Shown here in pieces: positions 8,583-17,500 of a stretch of DNA of 64,000 nt. The stretch covers positions 3,677 to 67,676 of the IMG/VR virus record IMGVR_UViG_3300032315_000633. The stretch is one strand, 5' to 3'. Made by a program: the position numbers and the translations under genes. The notes under the pieces are model-generated. The model made no database searches. It was not told the DNA's origin and saw only the letters and a program-made list of their open reading frames with translations. The DNA is from a virus. Position 1 is the stretch's first letter. The number at the start of each line of letters is the position of its first letter.

Positions 8583-11500
8583 ATGGCTCAGACGATCTTC
8601 ACGCCTGGGGGCGACGCCTTACAAGTTTCACAGCCATCCCCCCAAACCGACAATCCGTTTGAGGATTTGATCCCGGCTGGGGCTCCTTTAGCCGATGATA
8701 TTGGTCTCGGGGAGATTTCCCTTGAGATGACCGATAAGGAAAAAGCCATCACCAATCCGTTCCTAGACATCCCAAAAGCCAATTTAAAAAACCCTCTCGA
8801 AACAGCCCAGGAAGCTTACCGAATTGGGCAAGAATCCGTTGGTATCGATTTCGACGCCTATTCCCTCCAGCGCAGAAACCTCCTAACTGGTCAAGCACCG
8901 ACCCAAGCCGAACTGGATGCGCTCGATGAAAAGGAGCGTCGTCTTAGCGTGGAATCTTACCGAAACCAGGGAGACAACATTGCCACAGGCACGGCTTACA
9001 AAGCAATTGAAATGCTACCACCTATGGTTTCTGGTACGGAAGAGGGTCTCCGAACTGGCGTCCAGTACGGAACCACGATGGCTTTGGCGGCGGGTACGGC
9101 AACATTGCCACTTGGCCCAGAAGTTGCGGCTCCTGCCGCGGCGGCCTTCGGGAAGGTTGGGTTAGCCGCCGGCAGTCTCAAGGGGAGCTACGATTATTGG
9201 AACAAGCAGGGAACTGGTGCGTCTTATCGGGAACTACTTAGGAACAATGTAGACCCTAATTTTGCGGCTCAGGTTTCTCAGGTTGTTGGTCCGGCCTATG
9301 CGGCCATTGAGTACGCACAGGTTAATAAGATCCTTAGTGTTGCCGGTGGACGGCAAGTCAAATCCGCTTTACTCCGTGGGGCTATGAAGGGGATTGCAAA
9401 ATTTATGCCCCAAGTCGCCAAGAGAGGTGTTGCGGCGACGGGCAAGGCCGTAACCGCTTTTGGCAAAACAGCCACAGGAAAGGCCACCGAGTTTGTTTTG
9501 GCTGAGAGTGCGGAGGAAGGTCTTCAGGAAGCCATTACCGCAACTGGAACTGTTATCGGTAAAGCCGAAGCAGAAGCCTTAAAAGAGGGCGCAACCGCAG
9601 AGGCTTTGGATGTCATCGGCCAGCTTGACCTTGGTGACGCTGGTGAGGTGCTTGGTCGTGGTCTAACCGCTTTCCGAGAAAGCATAGGGCCTCTCGCAGT
9701 TCTTGGCGGTTCCGCAAAGTTAACTGGAGCAGCGGCTCGCAAAACGGGCAAGGTGATCGAAAACATTGCTTCGGGTGAACTTGGCGAGCTTTCCGATATG
9801 CGCGCAAAGGTTGCGGCAGCCGGTGCCCCCAAGACCGCTGATGCCCTTGCTGGCATCGACCTAACGGCTCCTACGCTGAAGGCCGAAGACACTGTCGGGC
9901 TGGAGGAAGATCTCGAAGCCGCCGGGGTTCCGATAACCACCGTCGCACCAGCACCGACACCGGTTGCGGAAACCCCGAAACCTTTTGCCGGTCTTCCAGG
10001 CGACGAACTTGGGGCAAAGATTTTCTCGAGCATTCGTGCTCGCAAGCCAATTGCAAAAGCCGACATCGACAAAGTTGGCGGGTTTATGCTATCCTCAAGC
10101 TGGAAGCTCAACGAGGAGACTGGCAACTACGAATATCAAGGACCAACCGATGAAACAAAAGAAACTCCGCAAATTCCAATCGCAGAAGCAGAAGCCACCG
10201 CAGCCAAAAAGCCAGAAGCAAAAGCCGCAGAAGCAGAAGCCGTCGCTCCTGTCGAAGCCGTTAAGCCAAAGCCTGCTGAAAAAGGTGTTGCGCCAGTCGT
10301 ACCTCCACTAGAACAACCCGAAACCAGACCCAACATTCTGGCTCGGAACTGGCTTGCCGAGGTTGACCGAGCCAAGAACAAGCGGGAACAGCAGGATCTG
10401 ATCTCCATCTTCCGTGGGAAGATCGATTCGCTTTCGGAGGATGAACGGCAGGCCTCCAAGATTTTTGACTCCGAATTGATCAAGCGTGCGGAAGCCCCGA
10501 AGGTTGAGGCAACTCAGCCAGCAGCACCAGTTGCACCAGAACGAAAAATTGAATCTTCCGAAACAACTCCAGATGTTCAGTATGTTCGTAATCCAAATGC
10601 TACTAGACATAGGACTGATCCACTTAACAAGAATCAACCGGTTATGGTAAGGGTGCTAGGACTTCAAGAAAAAAGAGCTTTAGCCGCCTACGAAAAGTAC
10701 CTTAACAAACAACCATTAAGCGGTGTAGATGTACAAGCCTTAGTTTCGTGGGCAGAAAAAGAGGGAATACAAATTCCGTTTACCCAAGACCCAAGCACGG
10801 CAGATCAAACCTCCTCAGATCCGTCGTGGATTTTAGATCCAGAAACAGATACTTGGAGTAATAAAACTGAAAAACAAACCAATAAAAAACTAATAATTTA
10901 CACACCAGATTTTTCAAAACCTGGAGATAAAACGGCAGATACTGGCGCACGAAGATACGATCTGTTGCCAGAAAATGCACAGGCGCCGCAAGAAGGAGAT
11001 ACGACTTTTGGTAAACTTGGGTTGCAGGCAGAGGCACCAAAAGCCGAGGCCGCGCCACCCCTCCCCAAATGGGAAGACATCCTCAAGAACCAGAACCAAA
11101 TCAAATTCTTGAAGAAAGTCTTCAAAGACGCAAACGCAAGGCTACCGAAAGAGCAACAGCTTGTCCCGAAGAATGGCTGGAAGAAACAAGACTTTTTCAA
11201 GGCTCTCGAAACCATTTACGGACAGCTTACCCAACTTGAATTTGCCAAGCCCGAACTAAAGGCTCCCGCACCTGGAACGATTGCGCCTCAAGCTGTCGAC
11301 AAGACTGCTCAACAAAGGCAACGTCGGTTGGCAAGCTTGATGAAGGTTTTCTCCAACCCAAAACTAAACGGGGATCAAACTTACTTTCGTGACACGGCTC
11401 TTGAGATGGCTCGCAGAATCTCAAAGCAAGTTGCTGGTAGCTTCCCCAACCTCGCTTCCGCCGACACGGAAATCTACACAAGGTTAGTCGAGCGTATTGC

Positions 11501-14500
11501 TGGTCGTTTACTCTCGTCGGTCAATCTTGGCAGACCCATCTTGTTCAACGAGAAAGGCCAGCCTACCGATCTTACGGAAGAAGCCATTTCAAAGTTCCTA
11601 ACCTTCTCGGCTAGGAGGGCTGGGCAAGACGCAATCAATGTGCAAGCGGCCAGACGAGAGGTTGCCGCCCAGTTTGGTACGGCACCAGCCGAGGGAACGG
11701 TTACACAACCAGAGGCCGCCAGAGAAGAAGCCAAGCCAGCCGGGATGCAGATCGCCGAAGCTCCGGCCGCACCCGTGGTGGAGTCCAAAGCGGTTACGGC
11801 TCTCCGTGAGGCCGCCAAGCTGATCCGTGACCAGAGTGGTCCGGAGGTCAAACTGGTCATCGATTGGATCGTGGACACGATGATCGGTGCCGACACCGAA
11901 CTTGGCAGACTCACGACCTACAAGGATTTGGCCGACTATCTGTCCAAGGTTGCAAACCGCAAAGTCAGCGACAAGCGTGTCGGGGAATTCGTCAACAAGG
12001 TGGTCGAACAGATCGCCCAAAACCTCCGTGATGAAAACATCCAGGTCGATGTGCAGGCACTGGAGATGTTGCTCACTCCCGAGGGTCGTGCCGCCCGTGA
12101 GCGCAAGGCAACCGAGGAGGCGCAACGCCGCCAGGATCGTGAAGTTCGCCAAGCCATTGCAAATCTTGCCGATCGTGCCCGAAACCTAAAGGTTGGTTAC
12201 GGCGCACGGCAGGCTTTGGTCGACGCCATCGGCGTGGCCAACACATTAACAAGGGCAAGGATCACGTCCGAGATCATCGTTCCTCTGGAGGAAGGCTTGA
12301 TCGGAGAGAACGAGGTTGCCCAGAGACTCGACAACATTCAGAAAGGAATTGAAAATGCAAAGCCCAGAGTTAGACAAGCTGTTCCCCGGCGTGGCCGTGG
12401 AGCCGCTCAACAAGTTGAAGAAGGTCCGGTTCGTGGCCGAACTGGAGAAGGCGTCGAAGGAGAACGGAGGGGTGCCCGTGCTGGCGGAGTTGTTGAAGGA
12501 CAACCCGAGCCTACCGATGGAGGAATTGCTCCAGTCGGTGCACGAACTGGCGAAGCTGGACGAGAAGTGGGCGAAAAGCAGCCAGAAGCTCCGAGCCCTG
12601 TTTCCGTTGACCCCGGCTTAAGATCGAAGAATGCCCCGAGTGCCGTAAAGACATTGGTCAACACGGCAACTTCGTCGGGATTCCCGGCCAGCTATATCAT
12701 AGACCTAAACACCAGAAGCGCAGTTTCGGTCTCGATCGAGGATGCCGACAGTGATGCGGAAAATCCGGTCATCCGTGTCAATCCAAGGTTGCTCCAACAA
12801 ATCGAAAGAACCCTTGGTAAAAAAGCCTATTCCCAATATGCCTTCCTAGCCATTGCGGAGGAGATCGCACATTTCAAATATCTGAAGATGCTCAAAAGGG
12901 AGGCCAACGAATTGGGGATCAACTACCGCCAGCATCTGAAGAACGAGACAAAGCGTGTCGCCAAGATCATCAAAGGCCGCCGTGGTCTGAAGCAAAAGCT
13001 CGAAAAGTTGTACAACGACGGCAAGCCTTTCACTGGCAAAGATGGTGAAACCAAAATGGTCTTGGAGTTTATGCGGATGCTCACCCAGGAGAAGATGACG
13101 GGTGCCATCACAGAATCCACCTACCTTGATGTTGCGTCCATCCTTCGTTCGATGGAGCCCCAGGATAGGAGATTTGTATTCCGCTTCCTAGACGCCATCC
13201 GCCAGTTCCTTTACGGCTTGAGCGGGAGGACGGCGGCCGAGACTAAGTTCCTCCGAACCACCGCAGACTCGATCGCCCAAATGGCTCAGAGGGCTACCAG
13301 AGATCTGGCAAAGCCAAACGAGACTCTCCCAGTCTCTATGAACTATTTCCCAACGAAGACTGATTCCCTTACTGAAACGCAACCGGTAAAGGGTGAATTG
13401 CAGAAAGCTCGTGAAGAGCTTCGCAAGGACACTGGGCTTAACCGAGCCAACCTAAAGTTTCTCCAGGATTACGCCAAAGAACTTGGGATTAAAGTCCCGA
13501 CCACCAAGCGAAAGGTTGTCGTATTCAACGAGAAAACCCGTAAACACGAGGAGAAAGAGTTTAAGGTTCCGTTTTGGAAGAAAGCCGATTATGTGCAGGC
13601 CATCAAGGCCAAGCTGGAATCCCTCAAGAAAGAGCCGAAAAGGCCAAGCGACGAGGATCTTATAGGTGCGGCAGTGCCCACGGACAGGCCTTACTGGATG
13701 ACCAAGGAAGGTAAAGTGATCGATGTCGAGGAAACCGCCCTCGTCGATCTTATGTCTATCGGAAGCCACGCCGAGGCAGCCGTCGAATGGTTGCGGGAGA
13801 ACGAGCCGAAAGCCACCTTCTTGACCGAGTGGAGCCTGCTTGATCCTCTGGATCGCAAGGAACGCCAGCAGATGCCCGTGATGGAAATGTTCAAGCGTGG
13901 ATGGCTCCGAGTTGTCGGTGACGGGTTCAACCTTTATTTCGAGGGTAGCCCCAACCAGACACAGCTGGACAAGCTGTTCGAGTCGGCCATCAATGACGAG
14001 GTCAAGCTCATCCAGGATCTGAGCAGCCTGTCTGGCCGTGCCCGTTCCAAGACGCTTTATGAGCCCCCGCTTGAAGACGAAATTGGTGCGGCTATGCCGA
14101 GGCACGGGTTCTCCACGACCGAGCCGAAAGTCAGTCTGGATTGGGTCAGCCTTCCCGACAGCCTCGAAGGTCTGGAACAAATCGATGTTCTGCCTGGGAC
14201 TTTCGATGTCCGCGTGTATATGGACGAAACTGGCCTCAAGTATGTCGTAAAGCGTGGCCAGACCCAGGAGCAGTTCGAGAACGAGATTGCGGCGGAGAAT
14301 GTTTACCGAATCCTCAACTACCCCGTTCCGAAATCCAAGCTGATCACCCTCCCGAACGGAGAGACTGCCAAACTTTCGGAGTTCATCTATGGTCCGACCT
14401 TGGCCGAGTTTGTCCGCCAGCAAAGTGGAACCAACCCCGAGGTTGTGCAAAAGCTTTACGAGGAGATCGGTGACGGTCTGTTGATCGACGCATTCCTGTT

Positions 14501-17500
14501 CAACTACGATGTCCTCGGCGAAGGCCTCGACAACATCATAGTCGGGCACGACGAGCTTTTCGACCAGGATGTGTTCATCTCTGGTTCACCTTCCGTGGTC
14601 AAGTATACGGCGTATCGGATCGACAACGGGGGCACTCTCGACACCCGAGCCACCGGGCTTCGTCGGGAAGAGCCCTTCTTCTACGACTCTTTCACGAAGT
14701 TGCAGGAGAAGTACCCGATGTTCAACCTCAAGGCCTCGGATGTTCTGGCTCAGATCTCCGACCTTGTGCTCAACAGCGACCAGATCCTAAACTCCATTCC
14801 CGAAAGGTTGCGACCGATGATGGCTCAAAGGTTGCAGTGGATGGCCGACCAGTTGAGCGCAACCGACACGATGCCTCCGTCCATCGGGTACACGGACGAG
14901 GAGATCGTCAACCACTTCACCAAGCTTTCCCAGGAAATGGCGGCGGTCGAGGTCACCCGAAACGCCGAAGGCCAGCTGATCAACAAAAGGACAGGCCTTC
15001 CGTCCACGATCCAACTCCTCAACCAGCGTGGCGAGGTCATTCGAACTGAACCCAAGTCGGAGTTCAGATACCGCCTCGAGCGGACTCCTTCCTTCAAGAT
15101 GTGGTTCGGGGATTGGGAAAACTTCCCCGAAGGCAAGGGGACGAGCAAGATTCTGGATGCTTCGGGCGAGCCTCTCGTTATGTACCACGGAACCTCTTGG
15201 GACAAACGCCAGCTTTCCTACACATTTGTGCAAGACAGGCTTCGGGAGGACATCAACAATCGTTTCTACCCGATGCGGTCTTTCTCCACGGGCAACGCTT
15301 TCCGTGGTTTGTGGGTCGCCTCGAGCCGTCAGTTTGCCGAAGACTGGGCGAACGAATCGACCTTCGAGGAATACAACGAGCAGGTTGTCGTCCCGCTTTA
15401 CATCAAGGCGACCAATCCGTTTGACCCGAGGAACCCCGAGCATATCGCCAAGCTTATCGGATACGCCCGTGAGAAGAAGGGCGAGTTCACGCTAAATCCG
15501 TATCGCCAGCTTGCTTTGGAAAGCGGGTTCTTTGACTGGACGGTGTTCGAGGGAGTACCGGCTGGGAGCGCAACTCCCGCAACTGGTGCGGAATTTGACG
15601 GGCTTTCCGAGACAGAACGGAAGAGAAGGTTCTACTCGCTGTTCCCCTACACCACTCTGGAAGCCATCATCAACCTCGGGTTTGACGGGGTCTGGGTCAA
15701 GGAAAAGGAGCTAGGCTCCTCGGGGATGCTCGAAAGAAGGCCGAAGGATCGGATCGAGTCGATCATCGCCGCAAGGCAACTCAATGATGCCGCGGCGGAG
15801 CAACTGGAAACCGAGCGTCTCAAGCAGGATCTGGACGAATACGATAAAGGCTCGTCCTGGAACCTCCTTCTGTGGAGACCCGATGGTGCAAAGTCTGCGG
15901 TCAATAGTGGAAGGTTTAAGACGCAACAGCAGATCAACAATTTCAAGCCGACCAGCAACGCCGCGGCTAGGGCTGGTATGGTCAAGCGTAACGGCAAGAC
16001 GCTCTGGAACGAATATGTAAAAGACGGCGTGACCTATGTCAGCTACGAAGATCCCGAGAAGCTGGTCTCGTATGCCCATATGACCACCAACGAGCTTTCC
16101 AAGAAGAACATCGCCAAGGATGTCGTTTCCGATGGGGTTGTCTATGTAGGTGAAAGAATCGTTCCTGGGCCGAAGAGCTACAGCCGTCGTGAACCCGCCG
16201 ACCTTCTCGGAGCCGCAATGCCTCGCAGATTCGGGGTTCGTCTGAAGGACAAGGTCAGTGAAGAGGCCTACGCCAAGCTCAAGAACCTCAACTACGAGCC
16301 GATCCCAGACGCTATGACTGAGGCCGAGGCCGACAACTATTTGGCCAAGAACGGACTCCGTGGCTCGATGGATGCCGCCCTTTCCGACGCCAGCCCTCTC
16401 CAGCACGGTTCTCGTGAGCTTCTGGCTCAGAAGATCATCCTCGGGATGAACGAGCTCTATGCCAAGGACAAAGACCCAAGAATCCTCGACGACCTTCTGA
16501 TGTTTATCGACCGCTTCCTGGAGCAATCCTCGGGCATTGGCCGTGCGCTCCGAGCCCTCTCCTTCTGGAGCAATCTTACGCCAGAAGGTATGCTGATGCT
16601 CTACAAGAAGAAGTCAGACGAAACGAATCGTGAAGTCCGTGACAAGTTCAATGTCTTCTTCAACAAGGTCAAGAGCGAGCTTTCGGTTCTGCCCGAAGGC
16701 ACGATCGACGAAGTCTTGAAGAAGATGTCTGGTGTTCTGGCGAAGGCCGAAACCGCCGCCGAGGAATCCAGAAAGCGTATTGCCGAGAGCAATGCGATGG
16801 GGTTCTGGGAAGCCTTCTCCAACCAGATGGGCGAGAGCATTGCCGACAAGGCTTCCCAACAGCTGACCGAAGCCGAGGCGGAAGCCGCCCAAGCCGCCGG
16901 GGTTCCGTTGGAAGAGATGACTGCGGAACAACGCAAGGCCGTCAAGAAACTGGAGAACGCCAAAAGCATCAACCAAGCCGCCCAGGAAATGAGCCGTGAG
17001 ATCAAGCGGATGTTTATGGCTCTGGCCGAGGAGCAGGGTCGTCGCATCCGTGACCCACGAATCAACACGAACGAAGAGTTCGCCAATATGACAGTCGACG
17101 AGCAGGAGAAACTGCTCAAGGAAGAACGGGAGGCCAAACAGCGCAAGAACTTCACGGCGATGCTTTCCCGCTGGCCGAAGGCTTTGCAGGCTTGGGAAAA
17201 GGCGAGCGATGCCATCCGTGCCCGTACCGCAACCAACCCGGAGCTAGCCGAAATGTTCAATGGGTTCCTAGGGCTGGTTCTCGAGTCCCCCTTCACAATG
17301 CCCCAACTCAAAAGGTTTATCTCGCTCCGTGGCGTAAAGCTCGAGGACTTGATCCGTCAGCACTACGAGGAAGGCAAGCTGGCCAACAACGCCTACTCCC
17401 TTGCCAGAGAGATCGTGCAGGAAGCTGGTCTCGGGGCTTGGGAGGAAGAGACTGGGGCAGATGTGGCGGACGAACTTGGCCTTGCAAAGTACAAGCGTGA

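Noticed and set aside
13452-14549. Long antisense ORFs (also 15711-16526, 50324-51190, 51501-52628, 59478-60536)
   Set aside because: They are shadow frames opposite strongly codon-biased genes, with no RBS or recognisable motifs
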